Shown piece by piece: positions 43,422 through 53,456 of a DNA stretch of 64,000 bases. The translations under genes and the position numbers were made by a program. This stretch comes from Candidatus Omnitrophota bacterium (lineage in GTDB: Bacteria; Omnitrophota; Gorgyraeia; Ghiorseimicrobiales; Ghiorseimicrobiaceae): contig JAUXSB010000037.1 in the NCBI GenBank assembly GCA_030681595.1, positions 133,708 to 197,707 of the forward strand, written 5' to 3'. Position 1 is the first letter of the stretch; each line of letters starts with the position of its first letter. A model generated the notes under the pieces. The model saw only the letters and a list, made by a program, of their open reading frames with translations, searched no databases and was not told the origin of the DNA.

Positions 43422-44894
43422 CTATAATTTGGGTTTTATTTTTCTCCAATTTGTTTGGCTTTCATAAGCAAATGCTGCTTTAAATAGCATTTCTTCGTCA
43501 AATGGCTTGGCAATTATCTGCAGTCCTACGGGTAATTTCTCTTTTGTAAAGCCGCAGGGAATAGAAATCGCCGGAACGCCCGCTAAATTTACCGAAATCG
43601 TATATATATCCGAAAGGTACATTTTTAGAGGGTCGGTGGCCTTTTCTCCTATTTTAAAGGCCGGTGTGGGAGAAGTCGGGGTAATAATACAGTCAATTTC
43701 TTTAAAGGCCGTATCGAAATCACGTTTTATTAAAGTGCGCACCTTTTGCGCCCGAAGATAATAGGCGTCATAGTAGCCGCTGGATAAGACATACGTTCCT
43801 AATATAATACGCCGCTTTGCTTCGTTTCCGAAACCTTCACCGCGGCTGTTCTTATACATATCGATTAATCCGGAGCTGTTCATTTGGCGAAAGCCATATT
43901 GAACTCCGTCAAAACGCGCCAGGTTTGAACTTGCTTCGGCGGTGGCGACAATGTAATAAACCGCGACCGCATATTCGGTATGCGGCAGCGATATTTCGAT
44001 GAATTTAGCACCTTTGGTTTTTAAGGTTGCTATCGCTTCATCCATAGCAGCCTTAACTTCATTATCCATGCCGTGCGTAAAATACTCTTTAGGTAAGCCC
44101 ACGCGTAGATTCTTTATTTCTCCGTTTAGGGATTTCGTAAAGTCCGGAACTTCAATGTTGGCGGAGGTGGAATCTTTAGGGTCGTAGCCGGAAATAATAT
44201 TCATCATCACGGCGCAATCACGCACATCCTTAGTGATAGGGCCGATTTGGTCAAGGCTTGAGGCAAAGGCAATCAATCCGTAGCGCGAAACCCTGCCGTA
44301 GGTCGGCTTAAGCCCAACTACCCCGCAGAATGCCGCCGGCTGCCGGATTGAACCGCCGGTGTCTGAACCAAGGCTTATTATTGTTTCATCCGCCGCTACT
44401 GCCGCGGCAGACCCTCCGCTTGATCCGCCGGGAACGCATTCGAGATTATGCGGGTTTCTCGTTGGGCCATAAGATGAATTTTCCGTTGATGAGCCAAAGG
44501 CAAATTCGTCCATATTGGTCTTACCCCAAAGGATTGCCCCGGCATCCTTTAGCCGCCGTATTACTTCAGCATCATATGGCGGTTTAAACCCGGAGAGGAT
44601 TTTAGAAGCACAGGTCGTTTCGTCATCTTTTACGCAGATATTATCTTTAATAGAAACCGGTATTCCCGAAAGGGGCCCGGAGCGGATAGTAAGGTTACAG
44701 TTTTCTGTTTGCGGCTTTGGCCAATGGAAGCCAAACCACTGCCCTCTGGCTTGCGGCTTCTTAGCAAAGGCATGGACTTTTTTCTCTACTGCTTCAACGC
44801 GTTTGGCTAAAGAGCTAACGAGCTCTTCTGTGCCATGCTTTTGCCCGGTAATTTCGCCGGCGGTGAGGGAAAAAAGGTCTTTTTTGTTATCCAT
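43422..44894 (-). CDS. gatA: Glutamyl-tRNA(Gln) amidotransferase subunit A
   Basis: Amidase signature family ([12 protein letters not shown]). 490 aa. Confidence 0.9.
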   Translation of the reverse strand: MDNKKDLFSLTAGEITGQKHGTEELVSSLAKRVEAVEKKVHAFAKKPQARGQWFGFHWPKPQTENCNLTIRSGPLSGIPVSIKDNICVKDDETTCASKILSGFKPPYDAEVIRRLKDAGAILWGKTNMDEFAFGSSTENSSYGPTRNPHNLECVPGGSSGGSAAAVAADETIISLGSDTGGSIRQPAAFCGVVGLKPTYGRVSRYGLIAFASSLDQIGPITKDVRDCAVMMNIISGYDPKDSTSANIEVPDFTKSLNGEIKNLRVGLPKEYFTHGMDNEVKAAMDEAIATLKTKGAKFIEISLPHTEYAVAVYYIVATAEASSNLARFDGVQYGFRQMNSSGLIDMYKNSRGEGFGNEAKRRIILGTYVLSSGYYDAYYLRAQKVRTLIKRDFDTAFKEIDCIITPTSPTPAFKIGEKATDPLKMYLSDIYTISVNLAGVPAISIPCGFTKEKLPVGLQIIAKPFDEEMLFKAAFAYESQTNWRKIKPKL

Positions 44895-44909
44895 CTATAA
44901 AAATATTCC

Positions 44910-45197
44910 TTAGTCAATTACCTTGGGGACTTTAAAAAAGTTCCCTTCTTTTGAAGGAGCGTTTTTAAGCGTATCTTCCGTTTTGAGTGAAGGAGTTAAT
45001 TCGTCCTGCCTAAAAACATTATGCAGGGGCAGTACATGGCTGGTCGGTTCAATCCCGCTGATATCTAACGCCTTTAGCTTATCAATAAAATCAACAATTT
45101 TTTGAAGCTGAATAGCAAGGATTTCCAGTTCTTCGTCGTTTAGTTTTATTCTCGCCAAATCCGCGGTATATTTTACTTCACTTTTCGATATGGGCAT
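44910..45197 (-). CDS. gatC: Asp/Glu-tRNA amidotransferase subunit C
   Basis: 95-aa GatC-like ORF, positioned 5' of gatA in the conserved gatCAB order. Confidence 0.75.
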   Translation of the reverse strand: MPISKSEVKYTADLARIKLNDEELEILAIQLQKIVDFIDKLKALDISGIEPTSHVLPLHNVFRQDELTPSLKTEDTLKNAPSKEGNFFKVPKVID

Positions 45198-45221
45198 TTT
45201 CTCCTCGCAATATATCTAACT

Positions 45222-45249
45222 AATATATCACTAATCCCTAAAAAGTCAA
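45222..45249 (-). promoter_or_regulatory. Candidate sigma70 promoter for gatCAB (TTGACT-16-TATATT on the minus strand)
   Basis: Hexamers read from the sequence about 25-50 nt upstream of the gatC ATG. Confidence 0.3.
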
Positions 45250-45251
45250 CT

Positions 45252-45295
45252 ATTGAGAAACGTAAAACTAATGGGATTTCTTCGCACACGAAATT
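45252..45295. repeat. 44-nt repeated intergenic element, copy 2
   Basis: ATTGAGAAACGTAAAACTAATGGGATTTCTTCGCACACGAAATT, matching 43359-43402. Confidence 0.6.
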
Positions 45296-45393
45296 TTTTG
45301 CCGTCTATTTCATCTTACGTCTTTAGGTGTTACGCTCCATAGAAGATTGTCGCTACACCTCCGCCGTAATTCCTCATAGACCCGCCAGACCGA

Positions 45394-45435
45394 CCGCGCC
45401 CGAACGACGTTCGGTCGGGCGGGAGTCGGGCTGGC
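45394..45435. repeat. GC-rich ~42-bp element, copy 2 (CCGCGCCCGAACGACGTTCGGTCGGGCGGGAGTCGGGCTGGC)
   Basis: Matches 14496-14537. Embedded in a roughly 190-bp GC-rich island in the gatC-upstream intergenic region. Followed by the inverted repeat CCAATGGT...ACCATTGG. Confidence 0.6.
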
Positions 45436-45661
45436 TTTTGCCAATGGTTCGACTACGCTCACCATTGGCACTGAGCGGAGTCCTGAGCTTGTCGAAGGAC
45501 GAAGTCGAAGTGCCAAAAAATTTCTTATTGTGCGCTTTCATAAATTCCATTATTTTTGCGTACCTCTATAAGATGCGGGTATTTTTTAGTTCTTGTCCTT
45601 ACGCCGCAGAAGTAGTTTTTGAAAGCGCTTTCAGAAATAATGGGATTTTTGTCCTTAGCCA

Positions 45662-45690
45662 TTGAAATTACTTATGGCGTGTGCTATATT
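45662..45690 (+). promoter_or_regulatory. Candidate sigma70 promoter TTGAAA-17-TATATT
   Basis: Consensus-like hexamers with 17-nt spacing, about 35 nt upstream of the riboswitch-like element. Confidence 0.35.
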
Positions 45691-45724
45691 TATTAAAGAT
45701 ACGAAAAACGTTCTTTAAAAATCA

Positions 45725-45830
45725 ATCAGCAAAGGTAAACTATCTGAAAGGGTAGGGCGCAAAGCCGCGAGTCTAACTCTCTATAAATAATGGAGATACG
45801 ATTGTCGGGCTGCCGTATTCCAGCGTTCGT
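45725..45830 (+). ncRNA. Candidate c-di-GMP-I (GEMM) riboswitch aptamer
   Basis: AAAGGUAAACUAUCUGAAAGGGUAGGGCGCAAAGCCGCGAGUCUAA parallels the Vibrio Vc2 aptamer segment AGGGCAAACCAUUCGAAAGAGUGGGACGCAAAGCCUCCGGCCUAA. Shared elements: GNRA-loop hairpin, GCAAAGCC junction, CUAA. A second hairpin and an intrinsic terminator follow. Confidence 0.45.
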
Positions 45831-45847
45831 GGAATCCGTAAAGCGTA

Positions 45848-45873
45848 GCCCATTCTTTCGAGTGGGCTTTTTT
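45848..45873 (+). terminator. Intrinsic terminator/attenuator hairpin GCCCATTC-TTTC-GAGTGGGC plus T6
   Basis: 8-bp stem (one G-U) followed by TTTTTT, lying between the aptamer-like region and the downstream ORF start. Confidence 0.5.
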
Positions 45874-45947
45874 CGTTTGTCCGCCGCATATCGCGGCGGA
45901 TGCCTTTGCTGGTCATTTTCTTAGAAATGAGCTAGGTGGAGGCAAAA

Positions 45948-46241
45948 ATGAAAAGAATAACGTTAACTGGGGTGTTACTGGTAACGATACTGATTATTAG
46001 CAGTGGATTAGTTTATGCGGGCGATAGCCAGACAATCGGCATTTCCTGCACTATTCCTTTAATTCCCGGTGTAAATGCCCCGCTTAATACGACAGAAGTA
46101 CCGGCTATAGTAGAAGAAGATATTAGTTTTCAGGCCGAAGCAGCAGCTGTGGAAACAGCCAATGAAGGCAAGCAGTTGCAGATAGTAGAAAAACAAAAAG
46201 GTTCGGATAATTTAGAGCTTTATACTTATTATCAAAAATAA
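45948..46241 (+). CDS. Small secreted protein (signal peptide)
   Basis: AGGTGGAGG RBS 7 nt before the ATG. MKRITLTGVLLVTILIISSGLVYAGDS looks like a signal peptide. 97 aa. Confidence 0.45.
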   Translation: MKRITLTGVLLVTILIISSGLVYAGDSQTIGISCTIPLIPGVNAPLNTTEVPAIVEEDISFQAEAAAVETANEGKQLQIVEKQKGSDNLELYTYYQK

Positions 46242-46283
46242 TTCTTAAAAAATTCCCACCTGCCACGGAAGGGATTAAAATAG

Positions 46284-46316
46284 AAAACGCACGGGTTAAA
46301 AACCGTGCGTTTTTTT
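46284..46316. terminator. Bidirectional rho-independent terminator AAAACGCACGG-GTTAAAAA-CCGTGCGTTTTTTT
   Basis: Perfect 11-bp stem flanked by an A-run on one side and a T-run on the other. Sits between convergent genes. Confidence 0.7.
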
Positions 46317-46336
46317 ATGCCCATCATTATTGCTAA

Positions 46337-49147
46337 TTATTTTATTTTCTTAAGCGGAATATTATAACTAACACTAACCCCCTCACCCAGTTCAATCTCT
46401 TTTGAAATTGCCGCCTGCGGCAGGTACTCTATCGGCAGGGTATTTATATCCATATTAAAATTGTGTTTTCCGGGTGAAATTCTTCTAAAGAAATAACGCC
46501 CGGAATCATCAGTAGATATTTCTATGTTGTCATCAAGGGTTATTTTTACTTTACCTACCCCCTTATCTTTAGGGCTTAATTTTCCGTCACCGTCGTTATC
46601 TAAGAATATTACGCCGATAATTTCAGAATTAGCGCTGATTCCGAAATTAACCTCACTCGCCCTGCCATGACGCAGAGGCACAGATTGCGCTGCCGGGACC
46701 GTCAAGATGTAACCGCTTGGTATGGTCGTTGTATCAACGGAAATATCTACCTGTTTAGCTTTTATTTTATTGAAACGGAAACGGCCAAAGATATCGGTAG
46801 TTGCCGACTTCTCAGGGCCAAGATAAACCTTAACTCCTTCAACCGGCGGTTCGTCATTCTGCCTTAGGCCGTCGGAATTTAAATCTTTATAGATTATCCC
46901 CTCTATATTTCCAATTGTAGGCCATTTTATTCCTGTATCCCAGAGATAGCGCATTCCGGCGCGGAAATCCACCTCGTTTCTTTTAAGCACATCGGCTTTA
47001 TCCGCCCAGACATTTCGCATCCTGCCGGAAATATATGCCTCGGTACCCGGGCTGGGCCTGTAATTTAGCTCCGAGTAACCCTCTAGGTAATCTTCGCCTG
47101 AGAGAAAACTTAAAGTTGCTTCGGCGTCTTGTTCGTCGCGGTAGCTTAGCCTGATATTCCCGGTAAATTTAGAGTCAAGAAATTGCCTTGACCAGTCAAT
47201 TCCGGTTTCCCATGCGTGCGGCTTGGCGAGCTTTCCGGTCATTTTTTCTCTGGTCCAGTTCATTTCTTTACTGATACGGTAATATAGGCCGGCGACAAGC
47301 GGTAAACTAAAGCCGGAAATCAATTTATTTGCCTGATAACTTAAGCTTGTGGCGCTAAAGTTACTTGCGTCGGTAAATTGATAGGTAAAATAAGACGAAA
47401 GTTTTCTTAATTTTTCAAAAGTATGCGAGAATGATATCAAACCGTTATGGCTGCGGAATTCAGAGATACCACCCAGCTCATTTTGCAGCGAGTAATCGAA
47501 CTGCAAGGTGGTAAAATCATCAAATTTATAATTATTCTTAAAGTCAAAATCTTCGTTAAAACGCGTGGGATTATCTTCACTGGGAAATAACCTGTTACGG
47601 AAGATGTCTAAGCGCAGTGCGCTTTTTAGCTTAGGTGTGATATCGCTTTCAAGATTAAAGAGGCCGCCTAATTCTCCCGCGCGTGAAGCAAGCCCGACAA
47701 TAGTGTAAAAGTCCTGATCAATATCTCTTAATTCGCTTGAAAACCTTAAATGCGGCTGGAGGTATTTTACGGTTAATAGCTGGGCATAGTAGTCAGTATC
47801 ATTAGCGAATTCATATTCATAACCCCAGTCTTTGAAACCTTTAGTTAATTGAAAATCGTAAGTATAATCCGGGAGATATCCTTCGCGGTCATTACCCCAG
47901 CCGTGGAATACTGATATTCCATAGAAGTCTTTCTTGCCGGGCTTAAAGGAGACGCTTGCTCCGGAAAGAAACCTGTCTCGTAAATCTGATAGCCCCGGTG
48001 AGAGGTTTCCGAATCTGCCGCCCCCTTCTCTTCCCCAGAATACTTCATAATTTAGATTATCACCTAAGATCGGATTATCAATAATGCCTAAAGGCGACCC
48101 AAGGTTAACTCCCCTTAGGGCGTTTGAGCCTGAAGCAAGATTCCGGACAGTCGGAGCAAAATCAAAGGCACGCAGGGAAAAATCTTTAAAATTAAGCCAT
48201 TCGCCGTCGTCTAACCCAACAGTAAAATAAGTAAGGTCCGTAGTTTCTCGTAATGACCTGACAATAAGCGAAGAATCCAGCTTACCGTAAGGGATAGCAC
48301 CGGTAAGCCCCAAAGAATGGCCATACGAATATGACTGACGATCTAACTTATCGAAACTTGGGCCCTGTTCAAAGGATGACCAATCAATGCTATAACGCAG
48401 CTTGAAATTTTTCTCCCTCGCTTCTTCGGCGAGCATTTCTTCTTCGTAGGTGGGGCCTTCGGGTTTGGGTTGCACTCCTAAAACTTGTAAGGTCCAACGA
48501 CCGTTATCATCCCAGACATGCAGGTAGGTATAGCCGATATTTTTGCCGGTAACTGAAAGTTCATCGGTATTTTTTTTCTCTAAAGTTAGAATCTCCGGCT
48601 GGGTTGCCAAAAACCTCCTGATATTCTTACCCGAAACAATAATGCTTTTGCCTTGTTCTATTTCGAAAGGCTGAATTAGATCAGCGAAATTTTCGTCAAG
48701 GTATAGTATTTTGGGCGCGGCTGGTATTTGTGGCAGCGTGGATTTTACTTTTTTAACAAGAGCCGGTGCGGTAGATGAGGCCGCCTTTTCCTTAAGGCGG
48801 AAATCCGCTTCCTTTTCTAATTTTTCTATTTCCAAGAGCTCCAAGGTGTCGCTTACCTCGACTAGGCGCGAGCTTTTTTCTTCTTCGGGGGTTATTTCTT
48901 GTCGGTGTAGGTCTAGCGACAATTCTCCCTTTTCAATTATGCGGATATATTTAATAGCAGGCTGGTAGCCCGGCTCAACAAGCAGGGCTTTTTTAAATTC
49001 ATGCAGGGCCTCGTCGTATCTGCCGGCGTTATATAATTGTATGCCGATTTCGCATAAAAAAGCGGGAGCTTCTCTAAAAGCGTAAAGGGTTATATGAGAC
49101 GAGGTTAAAAGTACGGATATAGCCAGCGTTATAAATATTTTTTTCAT
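46337..49147 (-). CDS. Large outer-membrane-type protein: signal peptide, TPR-like region, pilus/secretin-N-like domain, beta-barrel-like core, two C-terminal SdrD-B/Cna-B-like domains
   Basis: PEILTLEKKNTDELSVTGKNIGYTYLHVWDDNGRWTLQV matches the pilus-formation/secretin N-domain pattern. Alternating aromatic beta-strands in the core. Two DxDGDG...TTD..G.Y.F repeats near the C-terminus. 936 aa. Confidence 0.45.
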   Translation of the reverse strand: MKKIFITLAISVLLTSSHITLYAFREAPAFLCEIGIQLYNAGRYDEALHEFKKALLVEPGYQPAIKYIRIIEKGELSLDLHRQEITPEEEKSSRLVEVSDTLELLEIEKLEKEADFRLKEKAASSTAPALVKKVKSTLPQIPAAPKILYLDENFADLIQPFEIEQGKSIIVSGKNIRRFLATQPEILTLEKKNTDELSVTGKNIGYTYLHVWDDNGRWTLQVLGVQPKPEGPTYEEEMLAEEAREKNFKLRYSIDWSSFEQGPSFDKLDRQSYSYGHSLGLTGAIPYGKLDSSLIVRSLRETTDLTYFTVGLDDGEWLNFKDFSLRAFDFAPTVRNLASGSNALRGVNLGSPLGIIDNPILGDNLNYEVFWGREGGGRFGNLSPGLSDLRDRFLSGASVSFKPGKKDFYGISVFHGWGNDREGYLPDYTYDFQLTKGFKDWGYEYEFANDTDYYAQLLTVKYLQPHLRFSSELRDIDQDFYTIVGLASRAGELGGLFNLESDITPKLKSALRLDIFRNRLFPSEDNPTRFNEDFDFKNNYKFDDFTTLQFDYSLQNELGGISEFRSHNGLISFSHTFEKLRKLSSYFTYQFTDASNFSATSLSYQANKLISGFSLPLVAGLYYRISKEMNWTREKMTGKLAKPHAWETGIDWSRQFLDSKFTGNIRLSYRDEQDAEATLSFLSGEDYLEGYSELNYRPSPGTEAYISGRMRNVWADKADVLKRNEVDFRAGMRYLWDTGIKWPTIGNIEGIIYKDLNSDGLRQNDEPPVEGVKVYLGPEKSATTDIFGRFRFNKIKAKQVDISVDTTTIPSGYILTVPAAQSVPLRHGRASEVNFGISANSEIIGVIFLDNDGDGKLSPKDKGVGKVKITLDDNIEISTDDSGRYFFRRISPGKHNFNMDINTLPIEYLPQAAISKEIELGEGVSVSYNIPLKKIK

Positions 49148-49150
49148 CGT

Positions 49151-52100
49151 TTAATATTTATTTCCGCCAAAAATAACTTTTTTATCTGCCGTAACAAACC
49201 ATATCTGATTTGCGATCCTGACCCTCCAAAAAGGCTTATACGGAGAATCCGAGACCTTCCCCGGCTGCCAGACGAGTTCGGCGGAAACTTTATTATAACC
49301 TATTTTCTTATAGCGCCTTGCTTTACGCTGCGCAAGCTGTATCGCCTCAGATTTTTTAAGTATGCGATAAGGTGCGGGCTTTTTTACCCAAGAAGCCTCC
49401 TTAAAAGATAAGTACTTGCCCTCAAGGATTAAAGCTACTGATGCCAACTGGCGCTTACCCCATATTTTATCAAAAGGAATCAAATAATAAAAGCTATTTT
49501 TTGAATTAAGTATTCTTACTTTATAAGGCCGGCGCATACGCGTATCGTTAAAGGCGGCGTTAAATTCATCGTCTTTTAAGAGTACCGGGTCAATAATTGC
49601 TTTCCAGTCAAAATTTTCAAGTTGCCTTAAGATGGCCGGATCCAATTCTTTGTCGGGCGATACTTCAGCGCTTTTTCTTGCTAAAGAGCATAATTTTCTA
49701 TTTAATTTTTTAAGCGGTATCCGGCGGATGCTTGTCTTTGCGCGGGTCTCTTCTTCGGGAGGCTCAGCCACAGCGATGTATTTCGCGTTCCAGTTATCAT
49801 TTGTTGCCATGGGTAGATAATAGGTATTTTGTAATTCCGCGGCAGTCTTATAGGAATTCTCCCCTATCCCGGAAACAGCCGGATCATTCAGCCAGAAACC
49901 ATAGACACTGAAATTCGCGGGTTGAAAAAGATTCTGGTTCGCGTTGGGGTCTTGGCTTGCGGCAGCACCTTTTACGACCATCCAGTTATCATATCTGCCG
50001 AAGGTAGGAATAACTACCGGGATATTTTTTATTAAAGCCCCGGGAACTTCATAATCCATCCAATGGGCAATATCGCGCAGGGCATTAGCGATATTTGTTC
50101 CGGAAATAATCTCAAAATTATAAACTTGGGGTTTAAAATAATTTAAGGTACTTTTTACTTGCTCGGCGGTTAAGTCGTTTACCCCGATTGAAGTGTAGCC
50201 ATATAATTGGTTTTGGGTTAGGGTCGCGTCTTGGCTTAGGTAATCTAAAACCATCTTACAGGAGGCAGGAGCGCTGTAATAACTTTTTTCCTCTTGATAC
50301 CATGGTATCGGTAAAACAAGTACCCATTCAGGGTTTACCGGGTCAAGCGGAATAGAGTCTATGCTATCTAATTTTCCGTCATCGTCGGTATCCTTGTCCA
50401 AGGGGTCGGTGTTTTGAGCTAATTCGTTTATATCTGTTAGGCCGTCGTTATCGCGGTCAATATCGATATTATCGGCAATGCCGTCTTTGTCTAGGTCTAA
50501 AACGATGGTTAAATTAGCTTCTATTTGTGTTGGTACCAACTCGCCCAAATTATCAGAATTATAGCCTTCGGCTAAATTTCCCGGCCTGCCCTTTATGCTG
50601 ATCATTGCCCATGTATCATTATCGTTAACGATTCGAATAAGATTACTGCCCAGTGATTCTATGGCTTGATAAGCCGCTTCTCTATATAAAGAAGGCACGC
50701 CTAACCCCGCATCAAGGGCAACCGAGGCAAGGATAATTTTTTCGCTTGCGATATTTAGAATAAAGTTTTTTAAATAAAGCAGGGCGTCAGAATCGGAAGA
50801 TGAGTCAAAATTGTGTACTTCCTCAACTAAACCGGTTTTTGGATCAATAATGGCAAAATTAAAACCCCTGCCGCTAGCATAACCGATTTTATCGTAAAAC
50901 CGTTCACCGTTTTTAAAAAACTGGGCATTTATGTAGGAAACCGCCGTTAAGGTAAGGTTTACGGGTAGATTTACGTATTGGCCCTGTTTTTTGTACCTGT
51001 CGCCGACGGTAAAGTATGCCTGGCGTTTTGTACGGTTTATATCCAAAAGGCCATAGTATTCTTCATTGCTGATATTGTCCGGGTTGGCATAGGGGTTGTA
51101 ATTTCCGCTTGCGTCATGGGTGAATGGCGAAGACATTTTCCACCACTCATCGTTTAATTCAAAAAAACTCACCCCTAAACACGGCTCATTGGGCCTGTCT
51201 GCTGAAAAATGGAAATATACCTCATCAAAAAGGCCGGCGGCAAAGTCTGCCTGCATTTGGGGGTTCTCGTTAGATATGCGGCTGTCATAGGCGTCGGTCC
51301 CTGCTTCTGAAATAAACATCGGTTTAGGGGAAATTTGCCCCCATTCATAAAAAAGGCCGCCGAAACTACCGGAGCGGTAAACATTCAACCCCCAGATATC
51401 TATTGAAGGGCATCGCTTGGCGACAAAATACTCAATTACCGTATTACCGTAGTCTTCTCCTTCTTTTGGGATGGTAAAATATATTGAATCAGCCAAAATA
51501 GAAGTAACCGGATGATAGGGGTCTAATTGCTTAATCTTTTGCGCCGCCTGTTCGGTAAAGTTTAAAACATCTTCAAAATTAATAAAACTAAGATAATAAA
51601 AATTAAGATTCCATTCATTGCCGATCTGCCAGGCAAGTATTGCCGGATGGTTTTTAAAATTGGAAACAACCTGATCAATGTTGGCTGAATTAGCAATAGA
51701 ATCATCCACACACATAATTACCATAATGCCGTTTCTGTAGAGTTCGTCTAAAATTTCGCTGAAAGTTAGTAAATCCGTTCCAAAATCAAGATAGGTCCTT
51801 ACGGTATTTACCCCCATATCTTTCATCAGGGCAATATCCTGTTTGTACCAATTTTTAAATTCTATTTCGCGGCTGACAATGTCGCCGGCACCCGGGTTAC
51901 CGATTGAAGCCGGCGACCAGCATATGCCTTTAATCTTATAGGGAATAGGCCCGCTATTAGAAGAAGGCCTTTGCATTAAAAGCTGCCTTCCCTTTACTTC
52001 AATAGAGCTTATACCTTGGGGAGGAGTTTGGGTAGTGTAATATATAGAATCAACGGCAGGACGGTTTAAGCTACCCATTATGTAGCCCGCGCTATTTTTA

Positions 52101-52447
52101 AAACGTACAAAGACAGTTTTTAAGCCTTCAGTGTTACTTAATAGCCAGTTTTTACTCGCCTGATACGGCTCCCAGAGGGACCAATTTTGCCCGTCATTTG
52201 AGAAAGACGTTTCCGTAACAGCATATTGCGGGTCAAATGCCGCAAGATTTAGGATAACGCTCTGTGAGGAGGTAACCAGCGCGCCATTATTAATATTGAT
52301 ATTGCCGCGAAGGTAGTTATTATCGTAAGAAAAGGCTGTTGTCGTAAAGGCAGTAGTAATAAAGAAGGATAAAAAAACGGCCAAAAACAATAAAAAAAGA
52401 GGCGCCCTGTTTTCCGCGGCCCTCTTCCTTAAAAATATTTTTTCCAT
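49151..52447 (-). CDS. Large secreted multidomain protein: GH-like TIM barrel, thrombospondin-type-3 Ca-binding repeats, degenerate peptidase-C39-like domain, PepSY-like tail
   Basis: Signal/TM N-terminus. MGVNTVRTY...NEP motifs look glycoside-hydrolase-like. DLDKDGIADNIDIDRDNDGLTDINE...DKDTDDDGKLDSIDS are TSP3-like repeats. YYSAPASCKMVLDY...NWMVVKG resembles C39_2 with the Cys shifted and His changed to Asn. 1098 aa. Confidence 0.45.
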   Translation of the reverse strand: MEKIFLRKRAAENRAPLFLLFLAVFLSFFITTAFTTTAFSYDNNYLRGNININNGALVTSSQSVILNLAAFDPQYAVTETSFSNDGQNWSLWEPYQASKNWLLSNTEGLKTVFVRFKNSAGYIMGSLNRPAVDSIYYTTQTPPQGISSIEVKGRQLLMQRPSSNSGPIPYKIKGICWSPASIGNPGAGDIVSREIEFKNWYKQDIALMKDMGVNTVRTYLDFGTDLLTFSEILDELYRNGIMVIMCVDDSIANSANIDQVVSNFKNHPAILAWQIGNEWNLNFYYLSFINFEDVLNFTEQAAQKIKQLDPYHPVTSILADSIYFTIPKEGEDYGNTVIEYFVAKRCPSIDIWGLNVYRSGSFGGLFYEWGQISPKPMFISEAGTDAYDSRISNENPQMQADFAAGLFDEVYFHFSADRPNEPCLGVSFFELNDEWWKMSSPFTHDASGNYNPYANPDNISNEEYYGLLDINRTKRQAYFTVGDRYKKQGQYVNLPVNLTLTAVSYINAQFFKNGERFYDKIGYASGRGFNFAIIDPKTGLVEEVHNFDSSSDSDALLYLKNFILNIASEKIILASVALDAGLGVPSLYREAAYQAIESLGSNLIRIVNDNDTWAMISIKGRPGNLAEGYNSDNLGELVPTQIEANLTIVLDLDKDGIADNIDIDRDNDGLTDINELAQNTDPLDKDTDDDGKLDSIDSIPLDPVNPEWVLVLPIPWYQEEKSYYSAPASCKMVLDYLSQDATLTQNQLYGYTSIGVNDLTAEQVKSTLNYFKPQVYNFEIISGTNIANALRDIAHWMDYEVPGALIKNIPVVIPTFGRYDNWMVVKGAAASQDPNANQNLFQPANFSVYGFWLNDPAVSGIGENSYKTAAELQNTYYLPMATNDNWNAKYIAVAEPPEEETRAKTSIRRIPLKKLNRKLCSLARKSAEVSPDKELDPAILRQLENFDWKAIIDPVLLKDDEFNAAFNDTRMRRPYKVRILNSKNSFYYLIPFDKIWGKRQLASVALILEGKYLSFKEASWVKKPAPYRILKKSEAIQLAQRKARRYKKIGYNKVSAELVWQPGKVSDSPYKPFWRVRIANQIWFVTADKKVIFGGNKY

Positions 52448-52479
52448 TACTTGGTAATTTTTTTCTAGCGCTATTTTTT

Positions 52480-53358
52480 CTATTTTAGCTCTCCCACACT
52501 TAAAATCCTTCCTCCTGTGCCAATTTCAATCTGGGCTTCTTTGGTAACTACTGGGCCGCCTTTACCTATTTTTAATTCCGCCAAAGCCAAGCCGAAATCT
52601 AAGGTAATCACTAAATCATACTTACCCGGCGCTAAATTTTCTTTCCATATGCCGGTTAACTGTGCCTTATCATTAGGAAAGGTGTAAATTTTATCAAATT
52701 CCCCGCGGGCGACAACCATACCCTGCCTATCCATAAGATTAAATGTGCCTCCGGCAGTAATATCTACGTTGCCGGTATTGGCAAAATCTAACTTTATGGA
52801 AAGCGGCGCATCTTTGCCGGCATTTTCTACCTTAAAATTATCTAAAACCCCGGTGCGTTTTATAGTCCCCTCTGCTTCAACATAAAATAAAGTAGCGATT
52901 CTTACATTTAAACCTATGCCTGCGGCAGTCCCTTCCGCGGTTTCCTCTAATTTGCTTAGCGCGATTTCAAAAAATAGCGCGGCATAATAACCGCCAAGGG
53001 ATCCTTCCGGCATTCTGATGGTATAACTTATTCTCTGGCGGCTATGCGGCCTAAGGATAAAATCTGCCGGGCTAAAGCTTATCCAAGGGCTTGCGGAATT
53101 ATTCAGGCTCGCCGCAGGCAGGAATTCCTTTGTGCCGTCTTGCGACGGAACATAATGCCAGTCTTCTAAGTATAACTGTATATGACGTTCCTCGTCTGAA
53201 GGGTTTTCCAAGGTTATTTCTCCAGAGTTTTGCTTCCCTGGAACAATGGAAACTCTCACTTTTGGCTTATCCATAAAAGGAAGGCTTATTGCCAAGCAAG
53301 AGTTGGCAAATGAAAGAAAAAAACTCAAAAAAAGAATTATTTTTTTAAAATGCCGCAT
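52480..53358 (-). CDS. Secreted protein, possibly a pilus-chaperone-like Ig-fold protein
   Basis: Signal peptide. Beta-rich pattern (VSIVPGKQNSGEITLENPSD...LFFEIA) loosely resembles PapD-like chaperones. Weak call. Confidence 0.25.
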   Translation of the reverse strand: MRHFKKIILFLSFFLSFANSCLAISLPFMDKPKVRVSIVPGKQNSGEITLENPSDEERHIQLYLEDWHYVPSQDGTKEFLPAASLNNSASPWISFSPADFILRPHSRQRISYTIRMPEGSLGGYYAALFFEIALSKLEETAEGTAAGIGLNVRIATLFYVEAEGTIKRTGVLDNFKVENAGKDAPLSIKLDFANTGNVDITAGGTFNLMDRQGMVVARGEFDKIYTFPNDKAQLTGIWKENLAPGKYDLVITLDFGLALAELKIGKGGPVVTKEAQIEIGTGGRILSVGELK

Positions 53359-53456
53359 TTACTTCCTTTTTTAGAGAATGGGGATAGCGTTACATTAAAT
53401 ACACGCTACCCCCATTTATGTGTAAAAGCGTTATTTTTACATTCTTCTCTTTAGAA

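Noticed and set aside
45310-45665. ORFs of 68 and 112 aa overlapping the GC-rich island upstream of gatC
   Set aside because: They are created by the GC-rich repeat island. They have no RBS or homology, and their composition is unlike neighbouring genes.
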